Part shown: positions 21,237-31,199 of the stretch, one piece after another
Numbering within the stretch: position 1 is the first letter of the stretch
Layout: each line of letters opens with the position of its first letter
DNA from: Alphaproteobacteria bacterium
Lineage (GTDB): Bacteria > Pseudomonadota > Alphaproteobacteria > UBA6615
Length of the DNA: 64,000 bases
Direction of reading: 5' to 3'
NCBI GenBank assembly: GCA_965261975.1
Contig: CBDHEC010000051.1
Location: forward strand, 96,001-160,000
Translations under genes and position numbers: made by a program
Notes under the pieces: generated by a model
What the model was told of the DNA's origin: nothing
Database searches by the model: none
What the model saw: the letters and a program-made list of their open reading frames with translations, nothing else

Positions 21237-22154
21237 ATGAGCGATCCAGAGATTATCGGCCCGGGCGACATTTACATGGAACCCCGGCGAGGTCTGGGTC
21301 CGCTCGCGAAACTGTTTGCCGTGACGGCCATCGCGGCCGGGGTGGTCGCGCTCGCCGGCGTTGTCTGGTTTGCCTACAACCAGGGCATCCGGTCTGGTGC
21401 CGAAGATGCAGCCCCGGTTATCACGGCCAGCGAAGACCCCATCAAACGGCAGCCGGCAGACCGGGGCGGGCTCAATGTGCCCCATCAGGACAAGCTGGTC
21501 TTTGGACGTCTGGCCCCGGGCCAGATCGAAGAGCCCGTCGAACGGTTGTTGCCACCACCCGAAGAACCGGCCGAGAGACCACCGGCGCCGGTCGTCGAAG
21601 CCGCACCGGTTGAGGTGCCTCGACCGGCGGAGCCCCCTGAAGTGGTTGCAACTGTCGAAACGCCCGAGACGGTCGTGGTCGAAACGCCCGAGACGGTCGT
21701 GGTCGAAGCACCCAAGGCAGAGCCGGATCCTGCGCCGACCGTTCCCCCGAAACCCGAGCCGGTGGTGACGGCTCCACCACCGCCGCCGCCGCCGGCTCCG
21801 CCGGTCGTCGCGGCCAAACCGCCAGCACCGCCGCCCGAGACCGCTCCAACCACGCCTACAGTCACCGCGCCGGCGGCGCCTCCGGCCGCCGCACCAAAGC
21901 CGGCGGCGGGCGCATGGCGCATACAGCTTGCGGCAGTTTCCAGCCGGGACCGCGCACTTGCCGAGTGGGATCGCATTAAGAAGCGAAACACCGATCTGCT
22001 CGGCGCGCTCAACCTCAATGTGCAAAACGTAAATCTCGCCCGGGGTACATTCTTTCGGATCCAGGCAGGACCTTTGGCAGACCGCGCCGCCGCGAGCGGG
22101 TTATGCGGCAAGCTGAAAAGCCGAAACCAGGATTGCCTCATTGTTGCGCCCTGA
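21237..22154 (+). CDS. SPOR domain cell-division protein (FtsN-like)
   Basis: N-terminal TM, Pro-rich linker, C-terminal WRIQLAAV...FRIQAGP...LC..LK...C SPOR domain. Confidence 0.85.
   Translation: MSDPEIIGPGDIYMEPRRGLGPLAKLFAVTAIAAGVVALAGVVWFAYNQGIRSGAEDAAPVITASEDPIKRQPADRGGLNVPHQDKLVFGRLAPGQIEEPVERLLPPPEEPAERPPAPVVEAAPVEVPRPAEPPEVVATVETPETVVVETPETVVVEAPKAEPDPAPTVPPKPEPVVTAPPPPPPPAPPVVAAKPPAPPPETAPTTPTVTAPAAPPAAAPKPAAGAWRIQLAAVSSRDRALAEWDRIKKRNTDLLGALNLNVQNVNLARGTFFRIQAGPLADRAAASGLCGKLKSRNQDCLIVAP
21654..21707 (+). repeat. Perfect 24-bp tandem repeat (2.25 copies) in the SPOR linker
   Basis: GTCGAAACGCCCGAGACGGTCGTG x2 followed by GTCGAA, encoding VETPETVV. Confidence 0.9.
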
Positions 22155-22169
22155 CAGGCGCATCCCGGC

Positions 22170-23189
22170 ATGACAACGCCCAACGCGGTCATCTTCGGTG
22201 TCTCGGGAACCCGCCTGACGGACGATGAGAAAGTCTTCCTGCGTGATGCCGATCCGCTTGGATTCATTCTCTTCGCCCGCAATTGCACGGACGGGCAGGG
22301 TATTCGGCGCCTGACGGCGGAACTGCGTGATGCCGTGGGGCGAGATGACGCGCCCATACTCATTGACCAGGAAGGCGGGCGGGTCATGCGCCTGCGCCCG
22401 CCCGACTGGCCGTTCGCACCGGCCGCGCAAGAAATCGCAGGCCTGTATGACCGAGAACCCGAATTGGGAATTTCTGCGGCTGAGGATGTAGGCCGGATGT
22501 TCGGCGCCATGTTGGGCAATCTCGGCATCGACGTTGATTGCGCACCTGTGCTCGATCTGGGCCTGCCAGAAACGACGGCGGCGATCGGAAACCGCGCTTA
22601 TGCGGCGGACCCGCAAACCGTTGCCGCGCTTGGCGGCGCGATGGCGGAAGGGTTGATGCGGGAAGGGTGCCTGCCGGTGATCAAGCATTTGCCGGGCCAT
22701 GGGCGCGGCGCCGTCGACAGCCACAAGGAACTGCCGCGGGTCGACGCAGCTCTGGCGACGCTTCGCGATCAGGATTTCGCTGCCTTCCGGCACCTGAACC
22801 ATCTGCCACTCGGCATGTCAGCCCATGTCGTGTATTCCGCGATCGACGCGAAGCACCCCGGGACTGTATCCGCGCCCGTGATCGAGACGTTGATCCGCGG
22901 AGAGATCGGTTTCGACGGCTTCCTGTTGACCGACGACATAACGATGGAGGCGTTGGATGGCACGCCGGCGGCGCGCGCCGAAGCGGCACTGGACGCGGGG
23001 TGTGATGCCGTCTTGCATTGTTCGGGCGTGCTTTCCGAGATGATTGACGTGTCCGGCACTGTGCACGGCCTGTCACAATCGGCTGAAAGCCGCTGGACAC
23101 GGGCACGGGCAGCACGTCAAAAGCCTGAAGGTGCGGATATCGGGGCAATCGCCGAGACCCTGGCCGATAAATTCGATAACGGGACCTGA
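22170..23189 (+). CDS. nagZ: Beta-N-acetylhexosaminidase (GH3)
   Basis: GFILFARN, IDQEGGRV, KHLPGHG...DSH. Confidence 0.92.
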   Translation: MTTPNAVIFGVSGTRLTDDEKVFLRDADPLGFILFARNCTDGQGIRRLTAELRDAVGRDDAPILIDQEGGRVMRLRPPDWPFAPAAQEIAGLYDREPELGISAAEDVGRMFGAMLGNLGIDVDCAPVLDLGLPETTAAIGNRAYAADPQTVAALGGAMAEGLMREGCLPVIKHLPGHGRGAVDSHKELPRVDAALATLRDQDFAAFRHLNHLPLGMSAHVVYSAIDAKHPGTVSAPVIETLIRGEIGFDGFLLTDDITMEALDGTPAARAEAALDAGCDAVLHCSGVLSEMIDVSGTVHGLSQSAESRWTRARAARQKPEGADIGAIAETLADKFDNGT

Positions 23190-23193
23190 CAGC

Positions 23194-23880
23194 GTGGACT
23201 TCGACAATATTCTGTTTCTAGCGTCGATCTGGGTGATCCCGGTCTTGCTCGCGATCACGATGCACGAAGCCGCCCATGGCTGGGCCGCGTGGAAGCTTGG
23301 AGACGACACGGCGAAGCGCTTGGGGCGCGTCACATTCAACCCGCTGGCCCATATCGATCCCTTCGGAACGATCGTCCTGCCGGCGATGCTTATTCTCGCG
23401 CCAGGTGGTGTCCTGTTTGGCTGGGCGAAGCCGGTTCCAGTCGTTTTTGGCCGACTCGGCCGCCCGCGACGCGACATGGTGCTGGTTGCAGCCGCCGGTC
23501 CGGCGATCAATATCGCGCTCGCAATCGCCTCCGCATTGGCCCTTCATTTACTGCCGTTCGTCGGCCCAACATTCGGTGATTGGCTCGGTAGAAACTTGAT
23601 TAATTCTATTAATATCAACCTTTTGCTGGCGATATTTAACATGATGCCGCTGCCGCCGCTGGATGGCGGCCGGGTGGCCGTGGGGATACTGCCCCGGCCG
23701 CTTGCCATCCAGCTCGCCCGGCTCGAGCGCTACGGTTTGTTTATTCTGATCGGGCTGATCTTTATTCTTCCGATACTCGGACGGCAGCTCGGGACTGACC
23801 TCAACATTTTCCGTTGGCTCGTTCTCGGTCCGCTTGAATTCCTGTTTGGGATATTACTGCATGGCGTCGGCCTGATATGA
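23194..23880 (+). CDS. Site-2 protease (M50) family membrane protease
   Basis: HEAAH and NMMPLPPLDGG motifs, multiple TMs; GTG start 5 nt after nagZ. Confidence 0.88.
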   Translation: MDFDNILFLASIWVIPVLLAITMHEAAHGWAAWKLGDDTAKRLGRVTFNPLAHIDPFGTIVLPAMLILAPGGVLFGWAKPVPVVFGRLGRPRRDMVLVAAAGPAINIALAIASALALHLLPFVGPTFGDWLGRNLINSININLLLAIFNMMPLPPLDGGRVAVGILPRPLAIQLARLERYGLFILIGLIFILPILGRQLGTDLNIFRWLVLGPLEFLFGILLHGVGLI

Positions 23881-24728
23881 GCGAAACCAGCGAAAACTTC
23901 GAACAGCCGGTCCCTGACCACCAGGCCGGGCAGATCGAGGCGTCCGACCATGCGCTGGTCGTCAACCTCGAAGGATTCGAGGGGCCGCTCGATCTGCTTC
24001 TGTCGCTGGCGCGCGACCAGAAGGTCGATCTGACGAAGATCTCGGTCCTGGCGCTCGCGGAACAATATCTCGAGTTTATCCAGTCGGCGCGCCAGCTGCG
24101 GCTGGAGATCGCCGCAGACTACCTCGTCATGGCTGCCTGGCTGGCCTATTTGAAATCCCGTCTGCTGTTGCCCGCAGAGGAAAGCGAAGACGAGCCGACA
24201 GCTGCCGAGATGGCGGCAGCGTTGAAGTATCAGTTGCAGCGAATAGAGGCGATGCGAACAGCGGCCGAAACCCTGTTCGCGCGACCGCTTCTGGGACGCG
24301 ACGTGTTCGATCGCGGTGCACCCGAGGGCATCCGTGTGATCACCCATCCCGTCTATGAGGCCTCACTCTTCGAGATGCTGGATGCGTATGGCGCGATCAC
24401 CCGCCGCGGCAAGGCGGAAACCCTGACGATTCAGCAATTCGAGCTGTTCTCGATGGACGATGCGCTCGGCCGTTTGCGCGGCGTGTTGGGCCACGCACCG
24501 GAATGGGCCACGCTGATGAGTTTTCTGCCCGAAGGCCTGCACGAGGGGTTGCCGAAACGTGCCGCGATCGCCGCAACGTTCGCCGCCAGCCTTGAACTGG
24601 TCCGCGACGGCCATGCCCAGATCCGCCAGGACGGCCGGTTCGGTCCGATTTACTTCCGGCGACGTCCCGACGAAGAACTTCCCACCCCAGCCAACGAAGG
24701 GGGCGAGACCCTTGACGATCAATCCTGA
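23877..24728 (+). CDS. scpA: Segregation and condensation protein A
   Basis: FEGPLDLLL, AADYLVMAAWLAYLKSRLLLP, TFAASLELVR. Confidence 0.93.
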   Translation: MSETSENFEQPVPDHQAGQIEASDHALVVNLEGFEGPLDLLLSLARDQKVDLTKISVLALAEQYLEFIQSARQLRLEIAADYLVMAAWLAYLKSRLLLPAEESEDEPTAAEMAAALKYQLQRIEAMRTAAETLFARPLLGRDVFDRGAPEGIRVITHPVYEASLFEMLDAYGAITRRGKAETLTIQQFELFSMDDALGRLRGVLGHAPEWATLMSFLPEGLHEGLPKRAAIAATFAASLELVRDGHAQIRQDGRFGPIYFRRRPDEELPTPANEGGETLDDQS

Positions 24729-25446
24729 ATTGGAGCCGGACGCACACACCGAGCTTCTCCGGCTTGCCGAGGCGGTTCTCTTCGCCGCAGTCGAACCCCT
24801 CGACGAAGCATCAATTGCCGCCCAGCTGCCGAAAGGCACGGACACTTCCGCGCTTCTCGATGAATTGCGCCGGCTCTATGCCGGGCGCGGCGTTAACCTG
24901 GTCAGTGTGGCGGGCAAATGGGTCCTTCGTACCGCCTCGGACCTTGCCGACAAGCTCAAGATCGAACGTGAATCCCAGCGCAGGCTATCGCGCGCCGCGC
25001 ACGAGACCCTGGCCGTAATTGCCTATCATCAGCCTGTGACCCGGCCGGAGATCGAGGAGATCCGCGGTGTCAGCCTGAGCAAGGGCACCATGGATGCGCT
25101 GTTCGAGGCGAACTGGATCAAGCCGGGGCGTCGGCGTAATTCACCGGGACAACCCCTGACCTGGGTCACCACCGAGACTTTCCTTTCCCATTTCGGTCTC
25201 GAAAGCTTGAAGGAGTTGCCGGGAATCCAGGAACTGAAATCGGCCGGGTTGATCGATTCCCGCCCCGCGGTCAGCATTTACGCTTCATCGGCGCAAACCG
25301 ATGAACTGCCGTTCGATTCCATGACAGGCCAGGATGAATCCGAAACCGAGATGGATGAACCCCTGGACGTGGAAGACGACGCCGAAACCGAGTTCGAGGC
25401 GCCTGCAGAAGACGAAGACATCCGTGAGGACGAAACCGGCACCTGA
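24712..25446 (+). CDS. scpB: SMC-Scp complex subunit ScpB
   Basis: EAVLFAA, LSRAAHETLAVIAYHQPVTRPEIEEIRGV, FLSHFGL; TTG start inferred. Confidence 0.92.
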   Translation: MTINPELEPDAHTELLRLAEAVLFAAVEPLDEASIAAQLPKGTDTSALLDELRRLYAGRGVNLVSVAGKWVLRTASDLADKLKIERESQRRLSRAAHETLAVIAYHQPVTRPEIEEIRGVSLSKGTMDALFEANWIKPGRRRNSPGQPLTWVTTETFLSHFGLESLKELPGIQELKSAGLIDSRPAVSIYASSAQTDELPFDSMTGQDESETEMDEPLDVEDDAETEFEAPAEDEDIREDETGT

Positions 25447-25467
25447 AGCTAATCGAGGCCCACTCGG

Positions 25468-25496
25468 TTGCGGCTGAAAACCGTTTTCAATAGGCT
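25468..25496 (+). promoter_or_regulatory. Putative sigma70 promoter with a perfect 7-1-7 palindromic operator (Fur-like) in the spacer
   Basis: TTGCGG-N17-TAGGCT; TGAAAAC-C-GTTTTCA at 25475-25489. Confidence 0.55.
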
Positions 25497-25547
25497 CCGC
25501 CAAATTTTGCGAGACCGGTCCACAGGACCGATACCCCAAGCAGGAAT

Positions 25548-26639
25548 ATGGCGCGCGAACTTAACGACCTTGCCCTTGAGCATGTAACGCACCGGTTCGA
25601 TACCACGGTGGCGGTCGATGATTGCAGCCTGACGGTCGGTGCAGGTGAAGTCGTTTGCCTGGTCGGCCCGTCTGGTTGTGGCAAGACCACATTGCTGCGT
25701 GTGGCCGCGGGCCTGGAGCCGTTGCAACAGGGGCGTGTTCTGATCGGCGGCGAGGTCATGGCCGACGGCCGTGCATCGGTGCCGCCGGAAGACCGCAATG
25801 TTGGCCTCGTGTTCCAGGATTACGCACTATTTCCACACTTGACGGTCCGCGGAAATATCGCGTTCGGGCTCAAGCACCTCTCATCCGCCGCGCGCGATGA
25901 ACATGTAGCGCATGCGCTCGAACGAACTGGCATGTCTGGTTACGCTTCGATCTATCCGCACCAATTGTCGGGCGGTCAGCAGCAACGTGTGGCGCTCGCG
26001 CGGGCACTTGCACCCCGACCCCGCATCGTTCTGCTCGACGAGCCGTTTTCGGGCCTGGACACCTCGCTGCGCCATCTGGTCCGTGATCAGGCCGCCGAAA
26101 TATTGAGGGATGCCGGCATCGCAACGTTGATGGTGACCCATGATCCCGAGGAGGCGATGTATCTCGCGGACCGGATTGCCGTCATGGATCGAGGCAAACT
26201 CCGGCAAATCGGCAGCCCTGATGAAATCTATCTCGAACCGGAGAATGCGTTTGTTGCCGCGTTTTTCGGCGACGTAAACCGGTTCACGGGGCAGGTCGCG
26301 TCAGGGCAGGTCCAGATCCCGCTTGGTTCCGTTCCGACCAACGGACATGGTGAAGGCCAGGATGTCGAGGTTCTGATACGGCCGGAGGCGTTGAATATCT
26401 CTGTCGTCGGCTCATCAGAACCCACGGAGGGTGTCACCGGCACCGTCATTGCTGCCCGTTTTCTGGGCCGCAGCAGCCTGGTTGACGTTTGCCTGGCCGA
26501 TACCGCGGCCACGAATGTGCGCATTCATATGTCCGGTCGAATGCTGCCCGACACCGGTTCGACGGTCTCGGTTCGCCGCGACGATGCCCAGACCTATGTT
26601 TTTGCCGCACCAGACCTGGCGAATGCCCGGGTCGAATAA
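25548..26639 (+). CDS. ABC transporter ATP-binding protein, FbpC/PotA-like
   Basis: GPSGCGKT, VFQDYALFPH, LSGGQQQRVALARAL, LLDEPFS, C-terminal TOBE-like region. Confidence 0.88.
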   Translation: MARELNDLALEHVTHRFDTTVAVDDCSLTVGAGEVVCLVGPSGCGKTTLLRVAAGLEPLQQGRVLIGGEVMADGRASVPPEDRNVGLVFQDYALFPHLTVRGNIAFGLKHLSSAARDEHVAHALERTGMSGYASIYPHQLSGGQQQRVALARALAPRPRIVLLDEPFSGLDTSLRHLVRDQAAEILRDAGIATLMVTHDPEEAMYLADRIAVMDRGKLRQIGSPDEIYLEPENAFVAAFFGDVNRFTGQVASGQVQIPLGSVPTNGHGEGQDVEVLIRPEALNISVVGSSEPTEGVTGTVIAARFLGRSSLVDVCLADTAATNVRIHMSGRMLPDTGSTVSVRRDDAQTYVFAAPDLANARVE

Positions 26640-26771
26640 CGCTGCGAACCCAATGCGGTAGGGAGCAATTGGGCGTGAGGCACCATTGCGGGTAAAATCC
26701 CTTTCTGCGATAGTCCCGCCGATTGGCCCCTGGCATTCGGGGCTCGAAGCTACACACTGGAGCGCTTGTAC

Positions 26772-27005
26772 ATGGGCACGTTTTCAATCTGGCATTGGCT
26801 CATTGTCCTCGTGGTTGTGCTGGTCCTTTTCGGCGGACGCGGCAAGATTCCCAGCCTTATGGGCGACGTCGCCAAAGGCATTAAGTCCTTCAAAAGCAAT
26901 ATGAAGGACGAGGGTGCGAATGCTGAATCGACCAAGATCGAGGAAGACACCACGTCGACGACGGCCACATCGGCCTCACGCGAAGACGAAACGGCCAAGA
27001 GCTAG
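26772..27005 (+). CDS. tatA: Twin-arginine translocase TatA
   Basis: [12 protein letters not shown]...[20 protein letters not shown]. Confidence 0.94.
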   Translation: MGTFSIWHWLIVLVVVLVLFGGRGKIPSLMGDVAKGIKSFKSNMKDEGANAESTKIEEDTTSTTATSASREDETAKS

Positions 27006-27061
27006 TTCGGCCTGCATTCGAAGGCCTGACGCAAGTTTGGCCCTGAACGGACCCCGCGATC

Positions 27062-27571
27062 ATGTTTGATATCGGTTGGCCAGAGCTGTTGCTGGTGATG
27101 GTCATCGCCCTGATAGTGATCGGCCCCAAAGAGCTGCCGAATGCGATACGCACGGTCATGATGGTCGTGCGAAAGCTGCGTGGTGCGGCGCGTGAGTTCC
27201 AGAGCGGCCTCGACGATATCGCTCGTGAATCCGGTCTCGACGACGTCAAACGTCAGATGGACGACATCGATTTCTATGATCCCGGCGAAGCGCTGAAGAA
27301 CATCGCGGATTCGGATTCGGACCTGCTCGGTCTTGATGATGACCCCGACCTTCCCGCCGGCAACAGCATTCTCGATAACAACAACACCTATTCGCCGCCT
27401 GAAGATAACGTACCACCGCATGGCGATGCTGCGGGCCCGTTCGACACAACCCCGGCAGACAGCGCCGATGGGGTGAAAGCAGAAGGACCGTTGGAAGAGG
27501 TACCAGATCCTGGATCCGAGAAACCGAAGGTCGACGAGACGAAACCCGTCAAGAGCGGCGACAACGCATGA
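27062..27571 (+). CDS. tatB: Twin-arginine translocase TatB
   Basis: MFDIGWPELL...LIVIGPKELP. Confidence 0.93.
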   Translation: MFDIGWPELLLVMVIALIVIGPKELPNAIRTVMMVVRKLRGAAREFQSGLDDIARESGLDDVKRQMDDIDFYDPGEALKNIADSDSDLLGLDDDPDLPAGNSILDNNNTYSPPEDNVPPHGDAAGPFDTTPADSADGVKAEGPLEEVPDPGSEKPKVDETKPVKSGDNA

Positions 27572-28404
27572 CCTCCGATACGCAAGAGCCGGAAGAAACA
27601 GCTGCGGAAGATGATTCCGGGGCCGGGCCCGACGACCGGAAAATGTCGCTGATCGAACATCTGACCGAATTGCGTCGTCGGTTGATGTATGCAGCGCTCG
27701 CGTTCGTTTTGGTGTTTCTTGTCTGCTTCTACTTTTCCGACACGTTTTTCAATTTTCTGGTCGAGCCGCTGGCATCGGTCTGGAGCGGCGGTGATCGGCG
27801 CCTGATCTACACCGCCCTGCACGAGAAATTTTTCACCAATATCAAGGTCGCCTTCTTCTCCGCGGCCTTCCTCTCGTTCCCGATTTTCGCCGCGCAAATT
27901 TACATGTTCGTCGCGCCGGGGCTCTACAAGAACGAGAAGGGTGCATTCCTGCCCTTCCTGATCGCGACCCCGTTCCTGTTCTTCGGTGGCGGCGCGTTTG
28001 TCTATTACATCGTGATGCCGGTCGCGTGGCAGTTCTTCACGAGCTTCGAACAACTGGCTGCCGGTTCCGGGGGGCTCCCGATTCAGTTGGAGCCCAAGGT
28101 CAATGAATACTTGTCGTTGGTGATGCGGCTGATCTTTGCATTCGGGATCAGTTTCGAATTGCCGGTTGTCCTGTCGCTGCTGGCCAAGGTGGGCATCGTC
28201 ACCGCCGACGGGCTCAAGAAGAAACGCCGCTATGCGATCGTCGTCGCCTTCGTGGCGGCAGCCATACTGACGCCGCCGGACCCCCTCAGTCAGCTCGCGC
28301 TCGCGATCCCGATCATCGTGCTCTATGAGGTCTCCATCTACTGCGCCGTCCTGATCGGAAGACGGAAGGACGAGGACGCGGCGGAGAATGAGGCAAACAG
28401 CTAA
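27568..28404 (+). CDS. tatC: Twin-arginine translocase TatC
   Basis: LIEHLTELRRRL, FVAPGLYKNEK, LTPPDPLSQ. Confidence 0.95.
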   Translation: MTSDTQEPEETAAEDDSGAGPDDRKMSLIEHLTELRRRLMYAALAFVLVFLVCFYFSDTFFNFLVEPLASVWSGGDRRLIYTALHEKFFTNIKVAFFSAAFLSFPIFAAQIYMFVAPGLYKNEKGAFLPFLIATPFLFFGGGAFVYYIVMPVAWQFFTSFEQLAAGSGGLPIQLEPKVNEYLSLVMRLIFAFGISFELPVVLSLLAKVGIVTADGLKKKRRYAIVVAFVAAAILTPPDPLSQLALAIPIIVLYEVSIYCAVLIGRRKDEDAAENEANS

Positions 28405-28473
28405 GTCCGCAGAACTGGACGCGATTCGCCCCGAGTCCCTATAAGGACGCGACCTTAGTCCGGCGGATTTCCC

Positions 28474-29760
28474 ATGCTTGATCTCAGATGGATTCGTGAG
28501 CATCCCGACGCGTTCGACCGCAGCCTTGTCCGGCGCGGTGACGAACCCTTGTCGGCACAGTTGCTCGACCTCGACGCGCAACGACGCGACGCACAAACGC
28601 GACTGCAGGAGATGCAGGAACGCCGCAACGCGGCCTCGAAGCAAATCGGCGCGGCGATGCAGGACGGCCGCAAGGACGAGGCCGAACAACTCAAGGCCGA
28701 GGTCGGAGACATCAAGGGGCAGATGGATGTCGTCGAGACCGAAGAGAAAGAGGCCTCTGACGCCCTGAACGACCTGCTGTCGGGCATTCCGAACATCCTC
28801 GATGACGATGTCCCCGACGGCGCGGACGAGGACGACAACCGCGAAGTGCGCGTCGTCGGAGATATTCCGGCGTTTGAATTCGAGGCGAAAGAGCATTTCG
28901 ATATCGGCGAGGCGTTGGGCCTGATGGATTTCGAAACGGCGGCGGAATTGTCCGGGTCGCGGTTTGTCATCCTGAAGGGAGCGCTCGCCCGCATGGAGCG
29001 TGCGCTCGCGGACTTCATGCTCGACATCCACACCGAAGAATATGGCTATACCGAAATCAGCCCGCCGCTCCTGGTCCGCGATGACGTGCTGTTTGGCACA
29101 GGCCAGTTGCCGAAGTTCGCCGACGATCTCTTCCGGACCGAAGACGGCCGCTGGCTGATCCCGACAGCCGAAGTGCCGCTGACCAACATGGTTGCGGGCA
29201 AGATTCTCGACGCCGCGGAGCTGCCGGTTCGGGTGACGGCACACACCTCATGTTTCCGGGCCGAAGCGGGGGCCGCGGGGCGGGACACGCGCGGCATGCT
29301 TCGCCAGCATCAGTTCTACAAGGTGGAGCTTGTCTCCGTTGTCGCGCCGGATGAATCCGACGCCGAGCTCGACCGCATGACTGGTTGCGCCGAAGAAGTC
29401 CTGAAACGGCTCGGGTTGCCGTACCGCCTTGTCATCTTGTGCAGCGGCGATACCGGGTTCGGTGCGGCGAAGACTCACGACATCGAAGTCTGGATGCCGG
29501 GGCAGGCCACCTACCGCGAGATTTCGAGCTGCTCCAATACCCGGAGCTTCCAGGCGCGCCGCATGAATGCGCGATACCGCCCGGCGGGCGACGGGCAGGG
29601 CCCAGAGCATGTCCACACCCTCAATGGTTCGGGGGTCGCGGTCGGTCGCGCTCTGATTGCCATCCTTGAGAACTATCAGAATGAGGACGGTTCAGTGACG
29701 GTCCCGGAAGCGCTGCGGCCATACATGGCCGGGCTGGAAGTGATCCGCGACGATGTATGA
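28474..29760 (+). CDS. serS: Seryl-tRNA synthetase
   Basis: [42 protein letters not shown]. Confidence 0.97.
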   Translation: MLDLRWIREHPDAFDRSLVRRGDEPLSAQLLDLDAQRRDAQTRLQEMQERRNAASKQIGAAMQDGRKDEAEQLKAEVGDIKGQMDVVETEEKEASDALNDLLSGIPNILDDDVPDGADEDDNREVRVVGDIPAFEFEAKEHFDIGEALGLMDFETAAELSGSRFVILKGALARMERALADFMLDIHTEEYGYTEISPPLLVRDDVLFGTGQLPKFADDLFRTEDGRWLIPTAEVPLTNMVAGKILDAAELPVRVTAHTSCFRAEAGAAGRDTRGMLRQHQFYKVELVSVVAPDESDAELDRMTGCAEEVLKRLGLPYRLVILCSGDTGFGAAKTHDIEVWMPGQATYREISSCSNTRSFQARRMNARYRPAGDGQGPEHVHTLNGSGVAVGRALIAILENYQNEDGSVTVPEALRPYMAGLEVIRDDV

Positions 29761-30553
29761 GTTTCCCAAACGGACCGACAAGCTTCGTATCCTGATTTCC
29801 AACGATGACGGCGTGCGCGCGCCAGGCATCAAGGTGCTGCACCGCATCGCGCGCGAACTCACCGACGATGTTTGGATATGTGCACCGCTGGAGGAACAAA
29901 GCGGCGCGGGACATTCACTCACGCTGCGGTATCCGATCTGGCTTCGGCGCCTCGCGACCCGACGCTATGCCGTCGAGGGAACCCCGACGGACAGCGTTCT
30001 GGTCGGCATTCACCAGGCCCTCAAGGACCGCAAGCCAGACCTCGTCCTGTCGGGGATCAATCGCGGCAGCAACATGGGCGAGTTCATTACCTATTCGGGC
30101 ACCTGCGCCGCCGCGATGGAGGCGACGATTCTTGGTGTGCCGGCCATTGCGCTCAGCCAGCAGACAGACTTTGACCGCAGCTTCACACACTGGTCGACCG
30201 CCGAGCAGCACGCGCCGGGGGTTATCCGAAAACTGCTGCGCACGGGCTGGCCGGACCGGACCTTCATCAACATCAACTTTCCCGATTGCCTGCCCGAGGA
30301 AGTCGCGGGTGTCGAAATCACCGAACAGGGCACACGCCCCATGGGAGATTCCCTCGTGGAAAGCCGCCACCCGCGCGGTGGACGGTATTTCTGGGTCGGT
30401 GCGTTGCCGACCCATGCAAAGGGCAAGAAAGGTACCGACCTTGCTGCGGTTGAGGGAAAGCGGATCTCCGTAACACCGGTCGACCTGAATTTCACGAACA
30501 AGCGGGCCATGAAGCCACTCGCCGAAGCGTTCAAGGGATACCGGAAGCGATGA
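29753..30553 (+). CDS. surE: 5'/3'-nucleotidase SurE
   Basis: [36 protein letters not shown]. Confidence 0.94.
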   Translation: MYEFPKRTDKLRILISNDDGVRAPGIKVLHRIARELTDDVWICAPLEEQSGAGHSLTLRYPIWLRRLATRRYAVEGTPTDSVLVGIHQALKDRKPDLVLSGINRGSNMGEFITYSGTCAAAMEATILGVPAIALSQQTDFDRSFTHWSTAEQHAPGVIRKLLRTGWPDRTFININFPDCLPEEVAGVEITEQGTRPMGDSLVESRHPRGGRYFWVGALPTHAKGKKGTDLAAVEGKRISVTPVDLNFTNKRAMKPLAEAFKGYRKR

Positions 30554-31197
30554 GCACGCCCGCGCATCGCGCGCGCCTGATCCTCGCGCTTCGTAGCGCC
30601 GGTATCACCGATACGAAGGCGTTGTCTGCGATTGAGAGTTTACCGCGCGAAATGTTCGTGCCCGACGCGTTTCAGGACCGGGCCTATGAAGATACAGCGT
30701 TGCCCATCGGGTATGGCCAGACCCTGAGCCAACCGCTCGTCGTGGCAACGATGATCCAGGGGCTGGAACTCGGAAACCGCGAAAAGCTTCTCGAAGTTGG
30801 CACCGGCTCGGGCTATCACGCCGCAATTTTGTCCCATTTGTGTCGCCGGGTGTACACGATCGAGCGTCACAGACCGCTTCTGGTCGAAGCGCAGGCCAAG
30901 TTCGAGGCGCTCGGCCTGAGCAACGTTGTCACTGTGGCAGGGGATGGGATGAAGGGTTGGCCCGAACAGGCTCCGTTCGATCGGATCAGCGTCACGGCGG
31001 CCGGTGACGCGCCGCCGCAGCAACTGCTCGACCAACTAAAGGTCGGCGGAATCATGATCATGCCGGTCGGTGGGCAGAGCCGGGTCCAACAGCTCGTGCG
31101 CTATCGGCGCACAGAGACGACCGTGGAAAGCGAGGCGTTGATGGATGTGCGTTTCGTGCCGTTGTTGCCGGGGGTCGCCGAGGCCGCGGAGGCCTGA
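30550..31197 (+). CDS. pcm: Protein-L-isoaspartate(D-aspartate) O-methyltransferase
   Basis: ALPIGYGQTLSQP, LEVGTGSGY, APFDRI, VRFVPL; surE-pcm-nlpD synteny. Confidence 0.92.
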   Translation: MSTPAHRARLILALRSAGITDTKALSAIESLPREMFVPDAFQDRAYEDTALPIGYGQTLSQPLVVATMIQGLELGNREKLLEVGTGSGYHAAILSHLCRRVYTIERHRPLLVEAQAKFEALGLSNVVTVAGDGMKGWPEQAPFDRISVTAAGDAPPQQLLDQLKVGGIMIMPVGGQSRVQQLVRYRRTETTVESEALMDVRFVPLLPGVAEAAEA

Positions 31198-31199
31198 GC

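Noticed and set aside
27388-29244. 618-aa minus-strand ORF
   Set aside because: Antisense shadow of tatC and serS, expected from high-GC codon bias; no motifs.
4589-31197. Two pcm genes as a novelty
   Set aside because: The tolC-linked and surE-linked paralogs are both standard in alphaproteobacteria.
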